This document shows positions 37,303 through 50,790 of a stretch of 64,000 nucleotides of DNA, in pieces. Position numbers and translations under genes: made by a program. Source of the DNA: Cetorhinus maximus. Its lineage: Eukaryota. The notes beneath the pieces were generated by a model that was not told the DNA's origin, did not search any database, and saw only the letters and a program-made list of their open reading frames with translations. The stretch is taken from contig NC_135903.1 of assembly GCF_964194155.1 (NCBI RefSeq), positions 33,976,001 to 34,040,000 on the forward strand. Reading direction: 5' to 3'. Numbering within the stretch: position 1 is the first letter of the stretch; each line of letters starts with the position of its first letter.

Positions 37303-40300
37303 GAAAGATGTTTAGCACAGAATGGGAGCAATGAATATTTATTTTAAAAAACTTTTAACATGAAGCTATTTATATATATATTTGTAACAAATTTTATATT
37401 TTATGAGTCACAATGAGTGACATGATTGGATTATTTATTTATTTTATTTATTCATTTATTTATTGATATTTATTGCTTTGAGATTTTCCCCTGATATAAT
37501 CCTAACCCTTTAGTGGGTGGGGTGTGTGCTCTGGAATTTACTGGTAGGCTTTCAAGATATGGGTTTTCAGAACTATAAACCCTGGGCCGCACTGACCTTT
37601 CCATTTCTCCTCTCCTAAGTGGCCAACTTTTCAATCTATTTCAGCCACTGTAATTTATTGATCATTATTGTTGTGATGTCTTCATGTAATGAAATGTTAC
37701 ATGTTATTTAATGTGTAATGTGAATTTTTAATGATAATTTATTTATTGATATTTATTAAGTGTTGGCGAACAGATAAATTTTTTTGTAACTGGAAATTTT
37801 ATACACAATGAGAGCCTTTGCTACAAATAAATTGTTTTCAATATTACGCATTGAGTGGAATGATGTTCATTTTTCAATTCTGTCGTTTGGCTTTCCATAC
37901 TCAGTGTAAATGCTCTGGATTCTCTCACCTGCTGACTCTTCCTGTCAGCCCTTCTCTGTTCTCCTCTTCTGTCTTCACAATCAGATTTTCCCTCACCCAT
38001 TGGAAATGTGAACCTATTGTGAACCGAACTGCCCTGATTTATCATCTTTTAGCCCTCTGCTTCTCAACGCCACATTCCAGCTGCAAAGGAGAGAGGACTG
38101 AGCGTGACATTCAGGAGACAAGTGGAAAATAGAGGTATAAATTAGAAATGGACAGATGGAGAACTGGAATGGGTGGACATAGAAGATGACTGGAGTGTCA
38201 GCCTCTGCGAATATATGGGGACATCAGACAATGGGGCTGAGAGTGACATCAGGTAATGAGTAGGAAGGAGAATGAGTGGAGAGTGGGGATGGAAATCTTT
38301 AGATTCACATGGTTGTTTACACCTTCAGAAAATCTGTATGATAAATACTGTCTGCATTACATTAGAACAGAAGAAAAAAGAGAAGTAGGCCATTTGGCCA
38401 CTCAAGCCTGCTCCACCATGCAATAAGATTCCGACTGATTTGATTGTGGCCTTAAATCCATTCCCCTGCCTGCCACCTATAACCTTTGACTCCTTTGTTG
38501 ATTAAATCGCATCTAACTCAGACTTGAATATATTCAATAACACAACCTCCACTGTTCTCTGAGGTGGAGATTTAAAAGATTAATGACACTCGGCACAAAA
38601 TAAATCCTCCTCATCTCCGTCTCACGTGCATATTGAAACTTTGGCCCCCAGTTACAGACTCCCCCAGAGAGGAAACACCTCAACATCTACACGGTCAAAT
38701 TTCCTCACAATCTTAAATGATTCAATGACATCACCTCTCATTCTTCAAAACCCGAAGGACTATAGGCTCAAACTGGTTAAGATTGCTCATAAATTCTCTT
38801 TCCAGGAATCAACCTGGTCAACCCTCTCTGAAGTGTCTCTAATGCAAGTTAATCCCTGCTTAAATAAGGAGACAAAAGCTGTACATAGTACTCCAGGCCT
38901 GGTCTCACAAATGGCCTGTAGAGTTGAATCAAAACTTCCCTACTTGTATTCTTCATCCTCTTTGCAATAAAGGACAACATACCATTTAACTTTCCAATTA
39001 ATTGCTCTACCTGTTTGCTAAATTTTAATTGCTCAGGTCCAAGGACAACCAGGTTCGTCTGCACTGAAAGATTCTGTGTTCTTTCTCCATTTAAACAACA
39101 TTCTGACTTTCTGCTGGGCACAGCAACGGCTAACTTGTGTCCTACATTACTTCAGTCACTATATATCTAAATAACTTTATAAGCTGCTGAGTGCTTTGAG
39201 ACACCTGTGGTCAGGAAGGGCACAATGTGAATGCAAGCCTGTTTTGAAAAAAATATCATAGAGAAAGCTGGGCCTTCACACAAAACTGACCTCACTCCAG
39301 GGTGAATTTATCAGCAGTGCAGTTGTTTACAGTCCTTCCAAAGGGCCCCAAAAAATAAACTGGATGATTTGGATTTGAGCACAGCAACAGACATGTGTTA
39401 AAAGATTTGCAAAGCAACTTTATTAATTTACAAAGACAATAACTATTGCATTCCAATTCCAAAAAAGTGGGGATGAACCACTCCAATTTCCATCACCATT
39501 AATTTCTACAAAACAGAAAACCGACCCCAAAAGTGGTATCAAGTTGTGTACGTCAGGAAGTCTACAACGCTCTAACCAACTTCAATATTTACTGTCCACC
39601 ACCGACAAACACTGGGGTCAGTGTGTATCATGTACATAGTGAACTGCAGGATCTCACCAAAGCCCCTTCAATGCCGCTTCCCAAACTGACGACTTCTACC
39701 ACCCAGAAGAACAAGGGTAGCAGGCGCAAGGGACCAGCAGAAAAGTTCGTTTCCCATTCAAGGGACAAGCATACTGACTTGGAACTATTTCCCATTTCTT
39801 CCCTTTTGCTGGCTAACAGTCCTGGAAAACCCTTCCCAACACCCCTGTAAATTCACCTACACCACATGAACGGCAGCAGTTCAGGGGTTCAAGGGGGCGG
39901 TTTATCACCACCTTCTGTTTTGTTTTAATCTCTACATTTTTGGCTAATGACGTCATTGACCTTTCGATGCCCTCCCTTTGTACTTCATTGAAAGGAGTCC
40001 AGTCTGCAACCATAACATCTCCAGTTAAAAAGAGCCTCAATTGCTCCTTTTCTCACGAGGAAGCACTATTTAAGAGGAGATGGTGGCTTAGTGGTAGATT
40101 CCCAACTTTAATAATTCATGGCCTAGGCTAATGCTCTGGGCACCTGAGTTCATGCCCCATCACACAGATGGTGGAATTTTAATTCAATCAATAAACGTGG
40201 AATATAACACTAGTGTCAGTAATACTGACCATGCAACTATCATGGATCTTTGTAAAACCCCTCTGATTCATAATACCTTTTAAGAAAGGAATCGTGCCTT

Positions 40301-40616
40301 CTGCACCTGGCTTGGATGACATGTCACTCTCAGCACATGGTCGAATCTTCACTGTCCTTTCAAATATTCAGTTCAAGGGACATTAGGGATGGGCATCTAA
40401 TGCTGCCAGTGATGCCCACATCCCATGAAAGAATAAAGGAAAAAAGAATCCTTGATTCAAATACACCTGCGCCAGATCCCCTTTAAACACACTAAAATTA
40501 AACCTCCCCCTTCTGAACATTTTTAGCTCTATTTGTATTTTGTTCTTTAACATAGTCTTTTCTAAAACTAAAGGTGAGCATGTCCTCTCTAATGTCATTC
40601 TCTACATTATACACAG

Positions 40617-41063
40617 ACACAGGACAGGATCCAGATTGTCCATCAAACCCTGCGTCACATCAGTAAGATCTACAGCATGAACCTGGGTTCAGCCACATGG
40701 GCCCAGGACAAGCTGGAAAACCTCTGGCTTCTCCTGGATTGGCAGCTCGGTGAGCTGGAAGAATGTGTCAGGAAAGCAGGATCAGAGCACAAGATGAGGA
40801 GAAACTCCGCCATTCACAATTACTTTAGGAAACTGGAAAAGTTTCTCAAACAGGAGGTAGGTCAATTGATAAATGACAATGTGATTGCTGGCATTTAGTT
40901 CATTTCACCACATTTAAATCTGCTCATTCTCTAATCGGTTACCCTGAATAACTTTCTTTGTCAGAAATTCAGTGACTGTGCCTGGGAAATAATCCGCACC
41001 GAGACCAGAGCCCGTTTACAACAGCTCCTTTTCATCATAGGACAAATCAGCAGAAGAAAGTGA
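40617..41063 (+). pseudogene. Headless IFN cassette, copy 6 (exons 3-4 only, frame open)
   Basis: Exon 3 40617-40856 has two CGG>TGG Arg>Trp changes, and exon 4 is 40965-41063. The deletion junction at about 39913-39918 is the same as in copy 4. Confidence 0.88.
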
Positions 41064-44000
41064 GAAAGACATCTTTAGCACAGACTGGGAACAAAGATTA
41101 TTTATTTTAATGGCTTTTAACATAAAGCTTTTTATATATATATTCGTAACATATTTTATATTTTATTGTACTGATGACAGAACAATGAGTGACATGATGG
41201 GATTATTTATTTTATTTGTTTATTTATTGATATTTATTGCTATGATATTTTCCCCTGATGTAATCCTAACACTTCAGTGGATGGGGTGTCTGCTCTGGAA
41301 TTTACTGTCAGGCTTTCAAGATATGGGTTTGCAGACCTATAAACCCTGGGCCGCACTGACCTTTCCATTTCTCCTCTCCTAAGTGGCCAACTTTTCAATC
41401 TATTTCAGCCACTGTAATTTATTGATCTTTATTGTTGTGATGTATTCATGTAATGAAATGTTACATGTTATTTAATGTGTAATGTGAATTTTTACTGATA
41501 ATTTATTTATTGATATTTATGAACTGTTGGCAAACACATAAATTTATTTGTAACTGGAAAATTTTATGCACAATGAGAGCCTTTGCTAAAATAAATTGTT
41601 TTCAATATTACGCATTGACTGGAATGATGTTCATTTTCCAATTCTGTCGGTTGGCTTTCCATACTCAGTATAAATGCTCTGGATTCTCCCACCTGCTGCC
41701 TCTTCCTGTCAGTCCTTCTCTGTTCTCCTGTCCTTTCTCCACAATCAGATTTTCCCTCACCCGTTGGAACTGTGAACCTATTGTGAACCGAACTGCCCTG
41801 ATTTATCATCTTTTACCCCTCTGCTTCTCTACACCACATTCCAGTTCCAAAGGAGAGAGGCCTGAGCGTGATGTTCAGGAGACAAGGTGAAAAGAGAGGC
41901 ATAAATTAGAAATGAACAGATGCAGAAATGGAATGGGTGGGCATAGAAGATGACTGGAGTGTCAGCCTCTGTGAATATATGGGGACATCAGACAGTTGGG
42001 TTGGGAGTGTCATCAGGCAATGAATAGGGAGGAGAATGAGTGGAAAGTGGGGATGGAAATCTTTTGTTTCGCATGGTTGTTTACACCTTCTGAAAATCTG
42101 TATGATAAATACTGTCTGCATTACATAAGTACAGAAGGAAAAAGAGATGTAGGCCACTTGGCCTCTCAGGCCTGCTCCACCATTCAATAAGATTCTGACT
42201 GATTTGATTGTGGCCTTAAATCCACTTCCCTGCCTGCCACCTATAACCTTTGACTCCTTTGTTGATCAATCCCATCTAACTCAGACTTGAATATATTTAA
42301 TAACCCGACATCCACTGTTCTCTGAGGTGGAGAATTTACAAGATTAATGACACTCGGCGCAAAAGAAATCCTCCTCATCTACGTCTCACGCGCATTTGCC
42401 CTATTTTGAAACTGTGCTCCCCAGTTACAAATTCGCCCACAGTGGAAACGCCTCAACATCCACCCGGACAAATCTCCTCACAATCTTAAATGATTCAATG
42501 ACATCACCTCTTATTCTTCAAAACTCGAAAAGAGTATAGGCTCAAACTGCTAAGATTGCTTCATAAACCAACTTCTCTTTCCAGGATTTAACCTGGTGAA
42601 CCCTCTCTGAAGTGTCTCCAATGCAAGTTAATTCCTGCTGAAATAAGGAGAACAAAGCTGTACATAGTACTCCAGGCCTGGTCTCACAAATGGCCTGTAG
42701 AGTTGAAGCAAAACTTCCCTACTTGTATACTTCATCCTCTTTGCAATAAAGGACAACATACCATTTACCTTTCCAATTACTTGCTCGACCTGTTTGCTAA
42801 ATTTTCATTGCTCAGTTCCAAGGACACCCAGGTCCCTCTGCACTGAAAGATTCTGTGTTCTTTCTCCATTTAAACAACATTCTGATTTTCTGCTGTGCAC
42901 AGCATAGGCTAACTTGTGTCCTACATTACATCAGTCACTATATATCTAAAGTATTTTATAAGCTGCTTAGTGCTTTGAGACACCTGTGGTCAGGAAGGGC
43001 ACAATGTGAATGCAAGCCTGTTTTGATAAAAATATCATAGAGAAAGCGGGGCCTACACACAAAACTGCCCTCACTCCAGGGTGAATTTATCAGCAGTGCA
43101 GTTGTTTACAGACATTCCAAAGGGCCCCAAAAAATAAACTGGATGATTTGGGTTTGAGCACAGCAACAGACATGTGTTAAAAGATTTGCAAAGCAACTTT
43201 ATTAATTTACAAAGACAATAACTATTGCATTCCAATTCCAAAAAAGTGGGAATGAACCAATCCAATTTCCATCACCATTAAATTCTTCAAAACAGAAAAC
43301 CGACCCCAAAAGTGGTATCAAGTTGTGTACGTCAGGAAGTCTACAACGCTCCAACCAACTTCAATATTTACTGTCCACCACCGACACACACTGGGATCAG
43401 TGTGTACCATGTACATGGTGAACTGCAGGATCTCAACAAAGCCCCTTCAACACGGCTTCCCAAACTGACGACTTCTACCAACCAGAAGAACAAGGGTAGC
43501 AGACGCAAGGGAGCAGCACCAAAGTTTGCTTCCCATTCAAGGGACAAGCATACTGACTTGGAACTATTTCCCATTTCTTCACTGTTACTGGCTAACACTC
43601 CTGGAAAACCCATCCCAACACCTCTGTAAATTCACCTACACCACATGAACGGCAGCAGTTCAAGGGTTAAAGGGGGCGGTTCATCACCACCTTCTGTCGG
43701 GTAATTAGGGAGGAGCAACAAATTCTGGCCTTTCCAGAGACGCCCACGTCCCTCAAGGAAGAAATGAAGCCAAATTATGCAAAAGTAGCTGTGAATGGGC
43801 GGTAGATTTTTGTAAGGTAAAAATGCACACGCTCCCGCAGGTCCTTCCTATTTCCCCTAATGTCACTCGCCAGTGCTTTTAATATTCTTCCTTCAGTTCC
43901 CTGACCCTCCTTCCGCCTCCGCTTTCAATAATTACAATTCCCACTGTTTTATTCGCCAATAACAGCATTGTTGTAAATTGTAGTTTCTCTCCAGTCTCCA

Positions 44001-44124
44001 GTTGGGGAATGTGGGATCCCGCTCCCACATCCACCCGGACGGTAGATTTTGGTCACACTTCCAGCTGAGAGGGATTTGGTGACATTTCCTATGTACCCGG
44101 GCATTTACCGAATACCCTAAAGCT

Positions 44125-45174
44125 TTTCCCAACTGCCCCTCACCCCTCTCAGTCTGATCCACCCTCTTTACATACCCTCCTCCCTTTCGGAAATGACAAA
44201 ACACGTCACTTTCCTTCAGGCACTTTCGCTTTGGGATGAAATTGACACCAGGTTAATTTGCAGAAAGAAAGTGACACGGACACTTTCCCGGGACAGAGAC
44301 AAGAAAGAAATGATGAAAGAAAAGAGAGCGGGATCACTTTCGGACTCAGAATCGGAGCAGATCAAATATTCTTTCAATCCGACTCTGAAAATGGCTCCAG
44401 AAAACAACCGAGAAATGAGAAACTTCTCCCAGTTAAAGAGCAGATTGTGGGACAGGTCAATCGGAGCGGAGTCTGTCTCCATGAAGCGGTGTCCCTGGGC
44501 TGTGAGCCGAGCTCTCTGCAATGTCCAACCTGTGAAGTGTGAACAGGACAAGCGCCAGGTGAACACACCGCGGGGACACAGTGGATTTCAAAGGGAATCG
44601 CTCTTCATGGGGCCCAATGTCAGCACTAAAAGCCGCCGCACCGGATCACCGCTGTCGCTCTCTCTATAATCCGGATGATAAAATCCAGCCCCCGATACAT
44701 GTTCACACTGCCCCCAATTCAGAGCCTCCCTCTACACCACCTTCGTGCCCCAGGTGAGCTGAAGCCACACAACACTGAGCTGGAACCGAGCGCTGCCTGT
44801 GATTTTCAACCGGGGATTTTCCACTCGCTGCTTCCGGAATCTCCAGCTTTTACATTCCTGACCTCAGAAAGGAAACCGGACAAACTATTGATCTCCCGCA
44901 GCTCTTCCAAAAATCCTCGAGCCCGTTTTCACTTTTCGAATGTAATGCCACACATTAAAGCCGACAGCATGGCAGCGCCAGTGAGAGCACCGAGCAGACT
45001 CCACACTCACACTCACACCGTTCGGCAGCACAGGCGCTCGCTCCCGGATCACAAGCGGCTCAGATTCCACTTTCCCAGTTTTAACCCGCTCGCAAGAACC
45101 GTTTTCGCCGCGGAACCACGAAGCCGCCGGTTTCTCATCTTTCACATCGGTGTTTCACTCTGGGTCGCTTGATC
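44125..45174 (+). promoter_or_regulatory. IFN promoter type A, copy 7
   Basis: Near-identical to copy 1. Confidence 0.7.
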
Positions 45175-45306
45175 ATGGCTTTGGCGAGTATCTGGAGATT
45201 TTGGATGGTGTTGCTCTTCTTGTCCGGGACCCTCAGTCTGGGATGTGAGAGGCTGCAATTACAGCAAGTTCTCAACACAGAGACTCTCAGCAAACTGAAT
45301 GCAATG
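45175..45306 (+). CDS. IFN: Upstream alternative IFN exon 1a of copy 7
   Basis: Intact 44 codons (MALASIW...LNAM) with a GTGAGT donor, followed by CR1 sequence rather than intron 1/exon 2. Confidence 0.7.
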
Positions 45307-46932
45307 GTGAGTTGAACCCAAAACACCGAGTCGGTAATTATGTTGAGGGGAGAGAGGGAATCAGCCTCCAGGAGAGATTAAATCTGAATTTGGGTGAAGG
45401 AACAAATGGGATCCGAGAGGAAACTGGAAAGCAGACATTGAGGAGGAGGGCGCTCAGTGACGGACGGAGCGGAATGTGACCCTGAAGGGGGAGAGGGGGC
45501 AAATCAGAGACAGCCCATCAGTAACAACCATTCAGAATAATAGAGCGACTTTAAGGTCTCAAGGTGCCTCACGGGAATGTTATACAGCAACATTTGTTGT
45601 GGTGGGCACAGCAAGATTTCAAACTTTGCAGATGATACGAAGTTGGAAATGCTGTCGACAGTGACGGGGATGGTGTTGAACTTAAAAAGGACATAGACAT
45701 GTTGGTGGATTGGGCAGACAAGCGGCAGATGAAGTTTAGTGCAGAGAAGTGTGAGGTGATAAGTTTTGGGAGGCAAGATAAAGTGAGACGGTACAAAATA
45801 AAGGGAGTGACTCTACAGGAGGTGCAGGAACAGAGGGACCTCGGTGTATATGCGGATTGGTCAGTGAAGAAGGCAGGGAATATTGAGAGAGCAGTTAATA
45901 AAGCATATACTAGCTTAGGCTTTATTAATCGTGGCATTGAGTAGAACAGAAAAGAGGTCATGTCGAACTTGTATAAGACACTAGTTAGGCATCATCTGGA
46001 ATACTGTTCTGGGCACCATACTTGAGGAAAGATGTGAGGGTATTGGTGAAAGTACAGAAGAGATGCACAAGAATGATTCCCAGGATAATGAACTGTATCT
46101 ACGCGGGAGGATTGGAGAGGTTGTCAATGTTTTCCTTGGAGAAAAGAATGTGGAGATTAGGTTTAATTGAGGAACTCAAGATCCTGTGGGGTATGGACAG
46201 GGTAAATAATGAGAAACTGTCTCCACTAAAGCGAACATCAAGAAATATAGGGCAAAGGTTCAAAATAGTTGGCAAAATGAGTAAATGTGATGTGAGGAGC
46301 AATTTTTGAACCCAGGATGTGATTGGAGCAAACTTCACACAGTGCTTTCAATATTTGAAAATGAGGGTGAGAATTTTAAAATGAAGGTATTTCTTATCCA
46401 GGAGACTGACGCTGTGTTTTGTTTGATCTCCCCGAGGAGATGCATGTCGAACAGAAATAGAAAGGGACCAAAAATAGATTCTTGGGGACACAGGGGCTAA
46501 ACGTTGGGGCTGGGTGGGTGATGGTTGAGAAGAGATGCCATTCTGGGGGTTTATAGGCTGCATTTAGACAGTGGGAGCCAGGCAGTGTATCCCCAACCAG
46601 CAGGCCCATGGTGGAGAATGTTGAATTCTGATGTTCATGTCGAACATGTCAAAGATTGCGGACAGGGCGAGAAGGAGGAGAACAGTTTACGTATGTCACG
46701 GGCATGTTGAATGTAATTTATGAATTTATCTATCATCTTATGGAGATCTTGTGATGCAATGGGTCGGACCTGCTTTCAGGCAGAGAACTCAAGAACAACT
46801 ACAGCCTTATAACCTATCAATGTAACCAAATGCCCCTTCATTGCCCCCTTGATGTGAATCAGTTCAATTTGGAGGAAACATTATAATTTTCCCAAAATAT
46901 TGTTAATACTTTTGATCAAAATTATAGAACTT

Positions 46933-47339
46933 TGAGCTGGAACCGAGCGCGTGTTGTGATTTTCTCTCGGGCATCTTCCAGTCACTGGTTCAGGAATCTC
47001 CAGATTTCAGATTCCTTACCTCAGACAGGGAGCAGACAAACTCGTCCGCTCCTGAAGTCCTTCCAAAACTCCCGCAAGCAGATTTCACTTTTCGGGTGTA
47101 ATAGCAACATCGCCAGTCCCCCCTCTTCACAGCGACGGCAACTCCCAGCACAATTCTCACACAAACATACACACACACACAGGACTGGACATTCAGGCGG
47201 TCGCTCCGGCTTCACAAGCGGCAGCATTTCCACGCCTGGTGTTTCATTCGCTTCAAAGGAAGTGTCTTTCGGAGTTGATCCCGGATCCAGTCAGTGTCTG
47301 ATCCTCAGCTCGGGGTGTTTCACTCTGGGTCTCTTGATC
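46933..47339 (+). promoter_or_regulatory. IFN promoter type B, copy 7
   Basis: Paralog of 15509-15912 that retains the IRF-E-like TTTCACTTTTC at about 47083. Confidence 0.55.
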
Positions 47340-50300
47340 ATGGCTTTGGCGAGTATCTGGAGATTCTGGATGGTGTTGCTCTTCTTGTCCGGGACCCTCA
47401 GTCTGGGATGTGACAGGCTGCACTTACAGCAAGTTCTCAACACAGAGACTCTCAGCAAACTGAATGCAATGGTGAGTTGAACCTGCAGCCAGAGCAGGAG
47501 GTGAATCACATTGTGTCCGCTTGCTGTGAAATGTCACATCAGGGGAAATGTTTTGCGATTTGTCATTTTGTGCAATGAATAGTCGGTGATTCTTCAGTAT
47601 TTGAATTTATGGGGCTGATTGTAACAGTGATTGTTTTCCCCTCTCAGGGCGGACCCTTTCCCCGACACTGTATAAGACAGAGACTCTCACTGAAAACCAA
47701 ACCGTTGAACCTGGTGAAACTCTCGAAGGAATTAGAGGTGAGTAAACACTCGGTTCATTTGATTCACACAGGGCTTTTATACAAAGTAAGATCAACAACC
47801 GGATCGGAAACTTCCACATCAGGAATTTGGAATAGAGTGATTTGTACCCATTGTGAATGTAGGAGCAGTCTCACTTATTGTATTTCACTCACTATCTCAC
47901 TCATGAACTATATCACTCTCTCTAACCGCACTCACTACCCCTTATCTCCAACTCTCTCCCTCCCTGATATTATGTCCCTCCCGCTAACTACCTGCTCTGG
48001 GAACCATCCGACTGGATCTCACATCTCCTTTTCCTGCAGGGCCTCTAGATTATTCCGTGCAGACCACTGCCTGATGGGCCTGTTGTCAAAGATGTTTCTC
48101 TGCCTGAACATTTCTACACGGGATAGGTGGTGAGGCAAGTTCCAAAGGCTTCGAGTGTTCCCGACAACAAGGCCACTCCCATGCTTTACAACACCGGGGA
48201 CAGGTTTAAACTCAACACTTGCAGTTTGCGTTCAAAGGGTCCACGCACAGCTTGATGCAGCCAGACACAAATGTAGTCATCAGGATGAGGGCGATGTTGA
48301 GTGCGTTTTGTCCTCTGATCATTGACTACGTGAAAACTTCTCAACTTTTCTCAACCTAACACCCTATAATTTTCTCACCGCCTCTAACCACCTCACTTCC
48401 TCTAAACATCTTATTCCCTGTAACAATTTGCCTCCCTCGAAACATCTCACTCCTGAGCTGCACTGAATGACTTTGGGGCATGAATCACGCAGGCAGGATA
48501 GGCCATAGGATCATAGAATGATCCTGTGCTGAAGGAGTCCGATTGGGCAGAATGGTCTGTTTCTGTGCCACGTTTCCGATCAACTACCTGGTGGATAAAT
48601 ACGTTAGTAGGTACGCACTAACCAGCATTCATATATTCAAGAAAAATCACCTTTCCCAAACTTGATTGAGTTATGTGATAATGTAGCAGAGCGTGTTCAT
48701 GAGATTAGTGCGCTTAATCTTCTGATGATGTCATCATACCTCTGCAGCACTTTGAATGAACGATTCAAATTAATCCCGCTTTCATCCCCCATTACAATGC
48801 AAAATTTTTCTCTGACTATTTATCCAATTCTCTCTTGAAAGTTATTATTGAATCTGCTTTTGCTGTTTTGTAAATCAATCCGTACGCACACTTTTAAAAG
48901 GCTAATCATCAGAAGATCCAGCGCACAATCCTCATCAACGCTCTCTGCTACATTATCACTTAACACAATCAAGCTTGGTAAAGATAATTTGATGGTAAAG
49001 ATGTCTCCCCAGAGATCATTGTGTCTGAAGGTTTCCCACCACCCAAAATGGACTAACTGGCCTGGAGTTGTTGGATTTATCCCTCTTCCATTTTTGAATG
49101 GGATGTAAGTATTTGAAATCTTCTGGTCCGCTGCCATCATGTCCCTCATATCTAAAGAGGACTGGAGGAATGCGGCCAGAAGTGTTATTAAAACCCTTGC
49201 TTTCCTCAGCAATCTCAGCTGTATTCCGTCCAGACCAGGTGACTTTCCCAACCTGAGTGCTGCCAATATTTTACGTACCTCCTCTTTATCTATTTTTATC
49301 CTGCCCAATTTCTCTACTCGCTCCCCCTTCACTGTGACTTTTGAAGCATCTGCTTGTGAAGTGAAGACAAATTCCAAGAATTGGTTTAGATCCTCCGCCA
49401 TGTCCTTTGTATCCCACAAGAAGATTTATTTTTTGCTCACTAATCATCACAAACAAACATTTATTTACATGCTTATTAAAGGTTTTTAGCTTCCCTCTTA
49501 CGTGATCTGCTCATCAATTTTCATGCATTCTGTTTATTCCTCATTTCTTTTGATAACCTTTCTCCATATGGGCTGCATTCAGCTTGGTTCCTCACTGTGC
49601 TAAGAGCCTAATGTTTCACATAAGGCTTCGTTTTCTGTTTTGTTTTAATCTCTACATCTTTTGGCGATGACGTCATTGACCTTTCAATGCCCTTCCTTTC
49701 TGCTTCATTGAAAGGAGTCCAGTCTGCAACCATAACATCTCCACTTAAAAAGAGCCTCAATTGCTACTTTCCTCCCGAGGATGCACTATTTAAGAGGAGA
49801 TGGTGGCTTAGTGGTAGATTCACAGGTTTAATAATTCATGGCCTAGGCTAATGCTCTGGGCACCTGAGTTCATGCCCCATCACACAGATGGTGGAATTTT
49901 AATTCAATCAATAAACGTGGAATATAACACTAGTGTCAGTAATACTGACCATGCAACTATCATGGATCTTTGTAAAACCCTTCTGATTCACTAATGTCTT
50001 TTAAGAAAGGAAACGTGACTTCTGCACCTGGACTGGATGACATGTCACTCTCAGCACATGGTCGAATCTTCACTGTCCTTTCAAATATTCAGTTCAAGGG
50101 ACATTAGGGATGGGCATCTAATGCTGGCTTTGCCAGTGATGCCCACATCCCATGAATGAATAAAGGAAAAAAGAATCCTTGATTCAAATACACCTGGGCC
50201 AGATCCCATTTAAATGCACTAAAATTAATCCTCCCCTTTTTGACCGATTTTAGCTCTATTTGAATTTTGTTCTTTAACATAGTCTGTTCTAAAACTAAAG

Positions 50301-50790
50301 GTGAACATGTCCTCTCTAATGTCATTCTCTACATTATACACAGACACAGGACAGGATCCAGATTGTCCATCAAACCCTGCGTCACATCAGCAAGATCTAC
50401 AGCATGAACCTGGGTTCAGCCACATGGGCCCAGGACAAGGTGGAAAACCTTCGGCTTCTCCTGGATCGGCAGCTCGGTGAGCTGGAAGAATGTGTCAGGA
50501 AAGCAGGATCAGAGCACAAGATGAGGAGAAACTCTGCCATTCACAATTACTTTAGGAAACTGGAAAAGTTTCTCAAACAGGAGGTAGGTCAATTGATAAA
50601 TGACAATGTGAATGCTGGCATGTAGTTCATTTCACCACATTTAAATCTGCTCATGCTCTAATCGGTTTCCCTGAATAACTTTCTTTTTCAGAAATTCAGT
50701 GACTGTGCCTGGGAAATAATCCGCAATGAGACCAGAGCCCGTTTACAACAACTCCTTTTCATCATAGCACAAATCAGCAGAAGAAACTGA
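47340..50790 (+). CDS. IFN: Type I interferon, copy 7 (4 exons, 186 aa)
   Basis: Exons 47340-47471, 47648-47737, 50344-50583 and 50692-50790, with an open frame, 4 Cys and CAWE. Confidence 0.95.
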
